Of a stretch of 64,000 nucleotides of DNA, positions 32,681-42,676 are shown one piece after another. The DNA comes from a virus, in IMG/VR virus record IMGVR_UViG_3300025009_000896, positions 1-64,000 of that record; one strand, written 5' to 3'. A model generated the notes under the pieces. It saw only the letters and a program-made list of their open reading frames with translations. It did not search any database and was not told where the DNA came from. Each line of letters opens with the position of its first letter. Within the stretch, counting starts at the first letter, position 1. Made by a program: the position numbers and the translations under genes.

Positions 32681-33046
32681 CTAATTGTCATTTAGCTGTT
32701 TTTTACGCTCTCTTTCCCACCTTTCCAGTGCAGCCTTCCTTGCCGCCTCAGATTTTTCTTTTCTTAGATCAAGTCTTTTCAGCACTGATTCACTATAAAA
32801 AATATCATCATCACATTTAAAAAGGCCGTAGTTCCGTATAATGCCACCTATGCGGTCGCATGATTCCTTGAAATCAACGGACATAAGTTTAACAAACTTT
32901 AATGGGAGATACCCGCCTTCCTCATAAAGCATTTCTATTAAACACCAATAAATTCCAAGGCCCACCATGCCCTCGTTAATAAACAAGTCCCTCATTTTTG
33001 GATCACTACGCGCATTGTAGTCGTGGGAAAAATACTCTTTACTCAT
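32681..33046 (-). CDS. DUF4373 / Lin1244-like replication-initiator N-terminal domain
   Basis: MSKEYFSHDYNARSDPK...G..G.GIYW.LIE.LYE..G...RW. Confidence 0.75.
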   Translation of the reverse strand: MSKEYFSHDYNARSDPKMRDLFINEGMVGLGIYWCLIEMLYEEGGYLPLKFVKLMSVDFKESCDRIGGIIRNYGLFKCDDDIFYSESVLKRLDLRKEKSEAARKAALERWERERKKQLNDN

Positions 33047-33275
33047 AACGTAAATATTAAAGCCCCCATAAAAGAGAACCATCGGGTGCTCAACAGACAA
33101 GATATGCCGTCTCCGATGGTAAACTCCTCTATGAGGGCTAATGATATTTCAGTTAATTTCAGCATATCTCTTTGTTGAGCACTTCAAAGATAGTAATAAT
33201 TATTTATATACGTTTTGTCAGGTTTAACCTGACTGTAAATCCCTAGAGCATACCTATGAAAATGTTATCTTTGTC

Positions 33276-33350
33276 TTCGAGGGCCACCGGCCAACCTACC
33301 TGAAGAATGGAATAGACTTGTTGACGTAGTGTTGGGGTGGCCCTTATTTT
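33276..33350 (+). ncRNA. Candidate ~70-nt stem-loop sRNA
   Basis: TATCTTTG at 33266-33273, then AGGGCCACC...GGTGGCCCT long stem and T-tract. Confidence 0.4.
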
Positions 33351-34176
33351 AACTTCTAAACAGCTTATTGCCATTAATTCTGAGGTTGATAACCTCGAAC
33401 TCTCCTGCATCATTAACCTCTACTCGGGCACATCCGTGATTCCAGTTATTTATGCGGGCATACTCGGGATGTTCCTCTCCTAAGTGACCTACCGACCATG
33501 TACTTATCAATTTTCCGTCAAGGGCGGTTTCATTGTGTTGTGAGGTACGATGAAGGTGACCACAGATAGCAGTCTTCTTTGTTTTAAGAAAAAGGGAGCG
33601 TGCGGGATTGACTGACACCCCCGCAAGGTGAACCTCGTGGCCGTGAAGAACGGGGAGGTGGCCTATATAGATAATACGTTGATCTTTTATGACTTCAATC
33701 TTACGTTCTCCACACTTTAATAGCGTTTCAAGCTCAAACTCTTCTATGCCCAAAAGCACTGGGGCATTGCGTATTAAGAGGCGCTCCAATCTCTCCTCGT
33801 GGTTGCCCAATTTGTAGAATGTTGGGGCTATTAGGCTACATATACTAAGGAACTGGCCGAAAGCGTCTATCTCCTCCTTCGTGTTCCTCTTACGGGGATC
33901 AGGGTTGAACTTACTTAATTGATAACAGTCCATACCGTCGCCGTTGATTAAAATGGCATCAATATTTTTCGCAATGCCATAGTTAAGCGTTTCCGTTATT
34001 GACCTTATGTTATGGTACGGAAAGTGGAGGTCTGATATTATGAGCCAATTCTTGTACTGTTTGGGTACGTTGTAATGCTCAAATGACTCCTCGAAACTTT
34101 CGGGGAGATTAAATGGGTTGTCTAACATACTTCTTATTTTTAAGTGATTGTAATCTTTTTGATCCCTGTACGCCAC
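33349..34176 (-). CDS. Calcineurin-like metallophosphoesterase
   Basis: SDLHFP, NGDGMD, GNHE, HGHE and GHLH motifs; real start probably MLDN at ~34128. Confidence 0.85.
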   Translation of the reverse strand: MAYRDQKDYNHLKIRSMLDNPFNLPESFEESFEHYNVPKQYKNWLIISDLHFPYHNIRSITETLNYGIAKNIDAILINGDGMDCYQLSKFNPDPRKRNTKEEIDAFGQFLSICSLIAPTFYKLGNHEERLERLLIRNAPVLLGIEEFELETLLKCGERKIEVIKDQRIIYIGHLPVLHGHEVHLAGVSVNPARSLFLKTKKTAICGHLHRTSQHNETALDGKLISTWSVGHLGEEHPEYARINNWNHGCARVEVNDAGEFEVINLRINGNKLFRS

Positions 34177-34587
34177 GATAGTATCTAACCCTCATGCGAG
34201 CACATTCAATATCGTGGAATAATTCGGGGTGTTCTTTTGCTAAAACTCGTGCTATTGTTCTATTACCGGCATCGGGAAACCTATCGAGGGTATCCCATAT
34301 TACCTGTTGCAACATTTTTTTATATCCGGCGTTCATTATTTTCTCTTGCCGCCATGTGTCCTATCATCAATCTCGGCATCAACTGCCTTCCATGACAATT
34401 CCAGAGAACTTAATCTCTTATCTCTGAAATCTTTTTCTTCTCTTCGTCTCTTTTCATAGCCTTCTTCGTGGGCTTTATGATACAGGTCTCTTAGTATCTT
34501 TTCTATTGCCTCTTCTGATATTGGCACCTTGGCAAGTTTGTGGGCTATTGTAGGGCACAAACCGATCTGCGATATAAACTTTTTCAT
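34109..34587 (-). other. Two hypothetical CDSs (34109-34336, 34336-34587)
   Basis: ORF track; promoter at ~34610. Confidence 0.55.
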
Positions 34588-34716
34588 ATGGGTTTGATTG
34601 ATTTGATTGCAAAGATAAACAAAGCCAACGAATTAAACAAGTAAAAGATAAAAAAAGTGAAATTTATTTTGAAATCTCGAAATAAAGAATTACCTTTGTG
34701 TGGTAAAATTGAAAGC

Positions 34717-35975
34717 ATGATTACATGGGATAACATAAAAGTAGGAAACATATATAGGGTGAAACAAGATGTGTTTGCTACTACTCCGTGGGTTCATCTA
34801 TTAAAAATAAGGATAACGGGAGTAGATTCAGACAAGAAACTTGTAACGTTTGAGCGATACACAACTGGCTCCATAGACCCCGGACTACAACATGTCTATT
34901 GTGATGATGTTGTTGGTATCAATAAACTCTTTACGGAAGACATGCGAACACACATTAAATATATAAACAAGCGGAGAACAACACAATTTAAGATAAGATG
35001 AGCGAAGAAAAGAAAGATGCCAAGTTTTTTGTTTATAAGTTTTGGCCTAAGTTAATAGAGCGACTGACGGTAGCAAAGGTAGCAATGGAGAACGGGATGG
35101 ACATAAGTGATAAAGACCTATCACTAATAAAAGCACAACACAAACTATACTATAATGGAGAAGTAGAGTTTGATGACAGTTTAAGTTCTGTGGATTCTGC
35201 CATTTCGACCACTCAGGGCGAATTATTCAACAATGTTGTCATGTCCGAGTGCGACGGCACAGGAGTTGTTAAGAACGATGCATAACCAAATAACTTAAAA
35301 AACAATGGCAAGAAAATTTTATTTCTCCGATTCGTTTTTCGATGATTTCATAGACATCTTTACTCTTAGCCCCGATTTAAAGGTTTATAACTCCAATGAG
35401 TATGAACTAAGGATCAAAGAGGGTGTAGTAGCTCGAAGAATCGCAGAAAAGGAGGAGTACATTAAGCGATTAGAGTTGCAAAGAGACATAGAGGCAAAAG
35501 GCTATGACAATCGTATTGCTGCCGTAAAAGACGAGATAGCACAACTAAAAAAGAAACTTTGAGTTGACATTTTACCGACCGACAGGAGAAGGGGAGAATA
35601 GTCTCCCCTTTTTGTTTAACTTAAATTTGGAATTGTCAAAACTAAATGCTACCTTTGCTAACCATGGAACATAAAGTAACAGCCAAAACCGAAAAGTGTC
35701 CTGAATGTGGGGTGTCTTGGGACGCCGGTAGCATCGTAGAGACGTTCAGACAACAAAGGGATAACGGAGAGAAGTGGTTAGGGGGGTGGTCTGACGAGAG
35801 AATTGAGGAGTATGTTAAGATGGCATACGCCCCTCCGTACAGATGGAGTAGGCTAATAGGCATAGAAGACCCTAAAATCTACGATGGCATAAGTTGGTGG
35901 AAGTGCCCTGAGTGTAAAACCATGTGGGATAGGTGGACGGGGAAGGTATGTAAACCCAAGAAGCGCAAGAAATGA
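34717..35975 (+). other. Four hypothetical CDSs (34717-35001, 34998-35285, 35305-35562, 35664-35975 Zn-ribbon)
   Basis: ORF track; TACCTTTG promoters at ~34691 and ~35650. Confidence 0.6.
35586..35613 (+). terminator. Intrinsic terminator
   Basis: AAGGGGAGA-ATAG-TCTCCCCTT followed by Ts. Confidence 0.75.
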
Positions 35976-36748
35976 TAAGTATAGTAATGGCTGCCCACAA
36001 TAGACGACAGCAGTTAATAAACACCTTAAATTCTATTGCTTATTACTACTCCGATCCTATTGAGGTTATCGTAATGGACAGCACTGATGATCCCAATGAG
36101 ACTATTGACGACCTTGCGTATGGATACCTATTTCCAGTGAACATAATCAAAAAGAACGTAGAGTGGGTCAACCCATGCGTAGCCTACAACATAGGCTTTG
36201 ATAAGGCTAAGGGAGACATAATAATAATCCAAAATGCTGAGAGTCTTCATGTAGGTAATATTCTTAAGTATGCAAAAGACAATGTTAGTGATGGGTTATA
36301 CATAACCTTCGGAGCATACTCACTTGACCGCTCACTTGGAGAGGTAGACTTTGTAAAACAGAAGGATAGTTTACGTTCTATGGTTTTGGGGGCTAAGGAT
36401 ACCTACCTTAACGTTCACTCAGGGTGGTACAACCACTCTAAATACAGACCCGTTAAATACCACTTTTGCGCAGCCATCACAAGGCACGACCTTGAAAGGA
36501 TCAATGGGTTTGACGAGAGATACGGAATGGGCGTTGCCCACGACGACTGCGAGATACTTGTAAGACTTGAAAATGCGGGGATAAAAACCACCATAGTTGA
36601 CGACCCCTTTGTCATACATCAGTGGCACAAGAGAACCAATGCTAAAAGGAGAGACCCACTGTGGCAAAAGAACTTTCAGCTATATAACGAATGTACTATG
36701 AAAGAGGGGCTGACCAAGGCTCCTGAAAACGTTTACTATGTCAGGTGA
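35972..36748 (+). CDS. Glycosyltransferase family 2
   Basis: ISIVMAAHNR, YNIG...AKGD, INGFDERY..G.AHDD.E, HQWH. Confidence 0.85.
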   Translation: MISIVMAAHNRRQQLINTLNSIAYYYSDPIEVIVMDSTDDPNETIDDLAYGYLFPVNIIKKNVEWVNPCVAYNIGFDKAKGDIIIIQNAESLHVGNILKYAKDNVSDGLYITFGAYSLDRSLGEVDFVKQKDSLRSMVLGAKDTYLNVHSGWYNHSKYRPVKYHFCAAITRHDLERINGFDERYGMGVAHDDCEILVRLENAGIKTTIVDDPFVIHQWHKRTNAKRRDPLWQKNFQLYNECTMKEGLTKAPENVYYVR

Positions 36749-37427
36749 AAATATAAATATGTTATTGTGGGTTACGAGTAAGTGTAACCTGAAATGTCGG
36801 TTTTGTGTTGTTAAGTACATACAGAAGCTACTCCCCGATTACGAGATGGGTATGGATGAGGTTAGAAACTTTATTCAGTCGTCTCTGAATCGCAACATAC
36901 ACTATCTGTGTATAACCTTTGCGGGCGGTGAGCCTGCAATGTGGCCATATCTGAAAAACGCAACCATGCTGATACTACAGAGCGGGATAACCGACAGAAT
37001 AGAGTTAGTGAGCAACGGCACAATACCTGAAAGGATATTAGCGATAAAGTCGGTGTTGTCTGCCTATGCGATAAGCACTACTCAATGCCCCCCTGAAAAC
37101 ATTGATAAGTTTGTGGGCACCAAGGTTGTCCTTAACAGTATGCCACATAAGCCACTACCATTAAGTCCCGTAGAAGATACACTCCCTGCGGATTGTTGCT
37201 CTAAGGTAGACCTGTTAGGTACTGAATCCAACCAACTTAACTACATAAACGGCAAGGTATATTATTGCTGTAATGCCCTATTGCAAAGTGAGCGTGTTGG
37301 TCTTACTGAAGACTTGGTATGTGATTTTAATGATGACTTTATTACTAAGTTTGCAGACAAAGCCTATGATAAAACTATATGTAAATACTGTTTATGTAAC
37401 TCGAAAGTATGGGAGAAACTAACATAA
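36738..37427 (+). CDS. Radical SAM protein
   Basis: CNLKCRFC (CxxxCxxC), GGEP, SNGT; C-terminal Cys cluster. Confidence 0.85.
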   Translation: MSGENINMLLWVTSKCNLKCRFCVVKYIQKLLPDYEMGMDEVRNFIQSSLNRNIHYLCITFAGGEPAMWPYLKNATMLILQSGITDRIELVSNGTIPERILAIKSVLSAYAISTTQCPPENIDKFVGTKVVLNSMPHKPLPLSPVEDTLPADCCSKVDLLGTESNQLNYINGKVYYCCNALLQSERVGLTEDLVCDFNDDFITKFADKAYDKTICKYCLCNSKVWEKLT

Positions 37428-38572
37428 AAGAAGCCTTTACACACATCTATGATACGAATGTGTGGGGATCAGACGAAAGCGCATCAGGAACAGGATCAGA
37501 AATGGGAAGCACAAGAGACATAAGAGAAAATCTGCCAATACTATTTGAAAAGTATAACATCAAAAGTCTATTAGACATTGGCTGTGGAGACTTTAATTGG
37601 ATGAGAACTATCGTAGGTGGCCTTGATAGCTACTTGGGGATAGATATTGTCTGCGGAATAGTACAGAGAGATAGGTCTCTATACGAGAGCGATAAGGTTA
37701 AGTTTATGTGCAAAAACCTTAACGACATCAGCGAAGAAGTGTATCAGGACTTTGATGCGGTAATTATAAGGGATGTTTTTGTTCACCTTCCCCTTGCCGA
37801 CGTTGCGGCTATGATTGACAAGCTAAGGTTAGGAAACATTCAGTATTTATTTTCGTCTACGTTCCTTGGTTGGGGCACGAATGTAGACATCAGCGCAGGA
37901 CGATGGAGGCCGATTAACTTACTTAAAGAACCATTTAACCTACCACATCCGATAGAGACTATCAACGGATACTCGGAGCCATACTCGATTACCGAAGGCG
38001 TTACGTTGACAGATAAGGCACTGCTTATGTGGAGGATGCCAAGGGTCTCAACCAACAAACATAATGTATTCTCCAACTATCATGCTCATAGGCAGATAAG
38101 AATGATAAGACCGATCTCTGCGACTGACGTGGGCACTGGTGATGGTTATTGGGGTAAGGCTTTGAGCCTTTTGTGTCCTGAGTGTGCCGTTACGGGGGTA
38201 GAACTATCATCTAAGTGGTACGACCACTCTGCCCCTTTGGGTGTTTACTCTACAATGATAAACGATACGATGGTCAATGCCATAAATCAGGTTAGCGGAG
38301 ACCTTATTATCTTCGGAGACGTGTTAGAACACGTACCGAAAGAAGATGCTATGGCTACCCTGTCTTTAGCTACGTCTCGATTTAGGTATGTGATTATTAA
38401 CACTCCGGTAGGGTTTGTGGCACAAGAGCACGAAGATACGGAGGAGATACACAGATGTGGGCTGACCCGTGAGGATATGAATGAGTTTGACGTTATGGAG
38501 TATCAGGAGTCTGATGGTAAAATTGAATATAAGGTGTTTAACTGCTTAATACGTGGCACTTATGGGGGTTAG
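37409..38572 (+). CDS. Double class I SAM-dependent methyltransferase
   Basis: SGTGS, LLDIGCGDFNW, RDVFVHL; second domain DVGTGDG.WG, DVLEHV. Confidence 0.8.
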   Translation: MGETNIKEAFTHIYDTNVWGSDESASGTGSEMGSTRDIRENLPILFEKYNIKSLLDIGCGDFNWMRTIVGGLDSYLGIDIVCGIVQRDRSLYESDKVKFMCKNLNDISEEVYQDFDAVIIRDVFVHLPLADVAAMIDKLRLGNIQYLFSSTFLGWGTNVDISAGRWRPINLLKEPFNLPHPIETINGYSEPYSITEGVTLTDKALLMWRMPRVSTNKHNVFSNYHAHRQIRMIRPISATDVGTGDGYWGKALSLLCPECAVTGVELSSKWYDHSAPLGVYSTMINDTMVNAINQVSGDLIIFGDVLEHVPKEDAMATLSLATSRFRYVIINTPVGFVAQEHEDTEEIHRCGLTREDMNEFDVMEYQESDGKIEYKVFNCLIRGTYGG

Positions 38573-39317
38573 TCTAATCCTATCTTCATTCAGACGGGCG
38601 CACTTGCTTGAGCGTAGCCTGTTCTCCATTGTCAGACAGAACGTGACCGACCTTGAAGTGGTAGTGGTTAATGACGGCATTGAGGACAGCACGGAGTCCG
38701 TTGTCAATCAGTATAGAGACAAGTTAGACATTAAATACCTCTTTAGTGGACACAGAAACGCCGATGGCGATAAGTGGAGGGTGTCGGGGTTTGCTCTGAA
38801 CATAGGCGTAAAACACTGCAAGTACGATAAGATAATACTGTCCTGTGCTGAAATTTACCACCTTAATAATGCAATATCGTATTTGACTGAGGCGTTGGCC
38901 GATCCCAAGGCGTTAGCTACCACCAAGATAATTTACTTTGATGCCGATGGTAGCTTCTTCTCTAATATCAAAACCACAGAACATAAACAATTATTTAAGA
39001 TAGACAACGAGGCTAAGGACTGTAGACTTATGCCCTTCTTTATGGGTATGTGGAAGAATCAGTTTGTAGATATAGGTGGTTATGACGAAGACTTCACCGG
39101 ATACGCTGCTGACGACAACGATCTTATCTTAAGACTTCAGGCTAATGGCTGTCATTACATATTTACCGATGCCGAGGTAGTTCACCTGTATCACGGCAAG
39201 AGATGTGACAGTCAGATACATTGGGAAGACCCTGCATGGGCATACAACAGAAAGTTATTTTTAGAGAGAAAAGATATAATCATTAGAAACCAAAACAGAG
39301 AGTGGGGCAAGATATGA
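38553..39317 (+). CDS. Glycosyltransferase family 2 (GT7C-like C-terminus)
   Basis: EVVVVNDG, NIGVK, IGGYDEDFTGYAADDND, HLYH. Confidence 0.85.
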   Translation: MALMGVSLILSSFRRAHLLERSLFSIVRQNVTDLEVVVVNDGIEDSTESVVNQYRDKLDIKYLFSGHRNADGDKWRVSGFALNIGVKHCKYDKIILSCAEIYHLNNAISYLTEALADPKALATTKIIYFDADGSFFSNIKTTEHKQLFKIDNEAKDCRLMPFFMGMWKNQFVDIGGYDEDFTGYAADDNDLILRLQANGCHYIFTDAEVVHLYHGKRCDSQIHWEDPAWAYNRKLFLERKDIIIRNQNREWGKI

Positions 39318-40153
39318 AGAACATACCCAATATTTGCCATCTGATGTGGGACAAGTCCCCGATGGCGTACCTACAAGTATTAACTGTGATATCATTTCAT
39401 CGGCTAAACCCCGATTGGAGGATTATAATATGGATACCCAAACAGGATGTGTCCGACCTTGGGAGTAATACCTACGTTCCTGATTATACCGGCCCCGATT
39501 ACTTTGGTATGATTACGTCTATGGATTACGTGGAGATCATAGAGGTAGACTTAAACGACTACGGCATAAGGACTGATGTTCATTTTATTCTCTGCTCCGA
39601 CCAACTCCGACTGCGGATGTTATATTCAATGGGCGGTGTCTATACAGACTTTGACGTTATATGGATAAGACCTATGGAGTCATTAGCGGGCATGGACTGT
39701 ATTGGCAACCCCGAAGATTTTGAGGCATCTATCTGCTATCACGAAGATACACGGGGATGGAGTAACATAGCTATTCTCATAGCAGAAAAAGAAAGTTTGT
39801 ATATTCTCGAATTGATAGAGGCACAGAAAAAGATCAAGCCCCCGTATAGCCATCAGATATATGGTACAGACCTGATTGATAGCCTATACCCTACCTTTGA
39901 AAAGGTAGAGGCTAAGTATCCTCGCATCCTTGGAGTGAGGTATAAAACCTTCTATCCATACGACATAAACAACCTTCGTATGTTGTATAAAGAGGATAAA
40001 CTCGACATGATACTTAATGATAACGTACTATGTCTGCATTGGTTCAACGGTCATGCCCGAAGTAAGAAGTACATCAACGATGAGGACTATAACAGACCGT
40101 GCAGCATAACCTCGGTTCTTAACTATCTGAAACTTAACAAAGGACAGCTATGA
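39314..40153 (+). CDS. GT32 / DXD-motif glycosyltransferase
   Basis: IP.I.H..W, SD.LRL..LY..GGVY.DFD, LHWF. Confidence 0.8.
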   Translation: MKNIPNICHLMWDKSPMAYLQVLTVISFHRLNPDWRIIIWIPKQDVSDLGSNTYVPDYTGPDYFGMITSMDYVEIIEVDLNDYGIRTDVHFILCSDQLRLRMLYSMGGVYTDFDVIWIRPMESLAGMDCIGNPEDFEASICYHEDTRGWSNIAILIAEKESLYILELIEAQKKIKPPYSHQIYGTDLIDSLYPTFEKVEAKYPRILGVRYKTFYPYDINNLRMLYKEDKLDMILNDNVLCLHWFNGHARSKKYINDEDYNRPCSITSVLNYLKLNKGQL

Positions 40154-41283
40154 AAGTAATTTCCATTTTAGGCACGAGACCAGAAATAATTAGAACGAGT
40201 CGTATCCTCCCCAAGTTGGATGCGCTTTGCGACCACACTATAATACATACGGCACAAAATTTTACTCATAATACCAAGGATTTGTTTTTTGAAGAACTTG
40301 GACTACGACAGCCTGATATTACGTTTTATACGAGCATGAATGATGGTAATACGCATACAGAGTTTGGATTGGGCCAACAGCTTGCGGATATGTTCCCTCA
40401 GGTTGAAAAGGCGTTTAAGGATATCAAGCCTGACAGGGTGTTTATCTTGGGGGACACCAATTCTGCCCTATGTGCTATTATGGCAGAGAGAATGGGCATT
40501 CCCGTGGGACATATGGAGTCGTCAAATAGAAGCTATAATAATAAAATTCCCGAAGAGGTTAATAGAAGACTACTCGATCACATTTGTTCTCGCAACTTAT
40601 TTTATACTCCGACCAATAGGCATACCCTACTTATGGAGGGACACGATCCCCGCAAAATATTTCAATGTGGGAACCCAACATTAGAGGTGCTGACCTACTA
40701 CAAAGACAAAATTAATCAGAGCAGAATATTGTGGGATTTGGGATTAATGCCACACGAATGGCCGGGGGTGGTAGACCCCCCAATACCTTATTTTCTTGTT
40801 GATATACACCGTTCAGAGAACGTAAGTAATATTGATAAATTAGATGGCATATTGGAGGGCATAAACCTTATTGCTGAACACTTTGGGTATCCGGTAATAT
40901 GTAGCGTTCACCCTAAGACAAGAGATAAATTAAAGACTTGCCGCACGGTTGTGCATGAGAAGGTTAAGCTATTAGATGCCTTTGGTTTTTTTGACTTTGT
41001 TAAGTTAGAGAAACATGCAAGGGTTGGACTTACAGACTCTGGACTATGTAGCGAAGAATATAACCTACTTAGAGTTCCCTGTGTGATAGTTCGTAATGAG
41101 ACCGAGCGTCCCGAGGTAGTAGAGGCGGGTGGTGCCATTATATCGGGGATAGATCCAAATAACATTATTAGGTGTACGGAAATAATGGATAGACTACAGC
41201 ATCGTACTTGGGAAACGCCGCAAGGATATGAGTATCTTGACGTATCGGACCGTGTAGTTAATTATATGTTAAGTGAATGGTAA
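40150..41283 (+). CDS. wecB: UDP-N-acetylglucosamine 2-epimerase (non-hydrolysing)
   Basis: GTRPEII, LGDTNSAL, PEEVNR, HRSENV, HPKT, TDSG, RNETERPE. Confidence 0.9.
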   Translation: MKVISILGTRPEIIRTSRILPKLDALCDHTIIHTAQNFTHNTKDLFFEELGLRQPDITFYTSMNDGNTHTEFGLGQQLADMFPQVEKAFKDIKPDRVFILGDTNSALCAIMAERMGIPVGHMESSNRSYNNKIPEEVNRRLLDHICSRNLFYTPTNRHTLLMEGHDPRKIFQCGNPTLEVLTYYKDKINQSRILWDLGLMPHEWPGVVDPPIPYFLVDIHRSENVSNIDKLDGILEGINLIAEHFGYPVICSVHPKTRDKLKTCRTVVHEKVKLLDAFGFFDFVKLEKHARVGLTDSGLCSEEYNLLRVPCVIVRNETERPEVVEAGGAIISGIDPNNIIRCTEIMDRLQHRTWETPQGYEYLDVSDRVVNYMLSEW

Positions 41284-41974
41284 TATGAGTGGAAAACGAA
41301 GAATATGGCTTTCTGCCGTAGCTGTTTTATCTGACTACGAAAAAACGCCGTCATTACGGATGTTGGCTAAAAAGTATGATGTCTCTGTTGTGACAATTAA
41401 GAAGTGTATCTTGGAGGCGGGGGGTGAATTAAACTTTAAGAAGGGCAGTAAGGATAACTACAGGCGAACACGAGGATGCTTTAGCCGTGGGCAGGTACCG
41501 TGGAATAAGGGCATGAATATGGGAGATAGCTTTAGTCAACGTCAGCGCGAGATAATGCTATCTAAGGTAAGGGATGGTACCTTTATACACCCCTTATCTT
41601 CTGAAGACGCACGAGCTAAGGGTAGCATGAGCAAACTTGGGGCAAATAATCCCATGTTTGGTATGGTGGGAGAGCTAAGCCCAGCGTGGTTCGGTGGACT
41701 AATGGGTATTCCATACCCTAAAGAGTTTAGTCGAGGGCTTAAAAAACAAATAAGGGAGCGGGATGGTTATGCGTGTGCAATATGTGGAGACTATGGCAAT
41801 GAGGTGCATCATGTTGATTACGACAAAAACAACAACACATACAACAATCTTATAACGCTTTGCAAGCACTGCCATCCTATAACAAACAGAAACAGGGAGG
41901 ATTGGACTAAGTATTTTGGGGAACATAAACATATTAGAGGGGATATGGCCTTATTAACAGGGGGAGGCCAATGA
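41273..41974 (+). CDS. HNH endonuclease with NUMOD3-like repeats
   Basis: PWNKG, NPMFG, RERDGY.C.ICG...VHHVDYDK.NN...NLITLC..CH. Confidence 0.85.
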   Translation: MNGNMSGKRRIWLSAVAVLSDYEKTPSLRMLAKKYDVSVVTIKKCILEAGGELNFKKGSKDNYRRTRGCFSRGQVPWNKGMNMGDSFSQRQREIMLSKVRDGTFIHPLSSEDARAKGSMSKLGANNPMFGMVGELSPAWFGGLMGIPYPKEFSRGLKKQIRERDGYACAICGDYGNEVHHVDYDKNNNTYNNLITLCKHCHPITNRNREDWTKYFGEHKHIRGDMALLTGGGQ

Positions 41975-42627
41975 TAAGCCTTGGCATAGCAACCCTCAAA
42001 GAGAGGGAGATGGGATTCAAAAAGGTATTGGAGTCTGTTTACCCACAGGTAGATGTTGTATATGCAGTCCTCAATAATTATTTGGAGGTACCTGATTGGT
42101 TAAGTTCTATGGATCGTGTGCAACCCATAGTCATGCAGAACCAACTTGGCGATGCCGGAAAGTTCATGTATGCGGGGATGTGTGAGGGAGACTATATATC
42201 GTGGGACGATGACCTGCTGATGCCCGAAGGAGCAGTGAGATACCTGCTGTCAGGCGTAAAGAAGTACAGAGGGCTTGTGGGATTCCACGGCAGAAAGTAT
42301 CTTCATCCTGTTATTAGCTTCAAGCAGTGGGCGGATAATTACCGATGTCTTAATACTGTTAGCGATGATGTTCACGTAAATTTGATAGGTAGCGGGTGTT
42401 GCGCGTATAACACCGAAACCATGGAACTTAAACTATCAGACTTTAAATTGCCTAATATGGCCGACCTTTATTTAAGTCGTGCCGCTGCTGTTCAGGGTGT
42501 ACCCATGGTTGTTCTAAAGCACAGACAAGGTTACCTGCAATACCTTAAGCCACAAGGAGAAACAATATGGCAGGCTACGAGGGATTTCACTGAGCATACA
42601 AATATTTTGCAGTCTTACGTGAAATAA
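41971..42627 (+). CDS. GT-A fold glycosyltransferase-like protein
   Basis: GIAT..ER...V.ES..PQVD, GDAGKF, WDDDL, G.G.CAY, NMAD. Confidence 0.65.
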   Translation: MISLGIATLKEREMGFKKVLESVYPQVDVVYAVLNNYLEVPDWLSSMDRVQPIVMQNQLGDAGKFMYAGMCEGDYISWDDDLLMPEGAVRYLLSGVKKYRGLVGFHGRKYLHPVISFKQWADNYRCLNTVSDDVHVNLIGSGCCAYNTETMELKLSDFKLPNMADLYLSRAAAVQGVPMVVLKHRQGYLQYLKPQGETIWQATRDFTEHTNILQSYVK

Positions 42628-42676
42628 ATTTGTTTTTCTCGTTTAATAGTTTTACATTTGGTGAAAATTAAGACAT

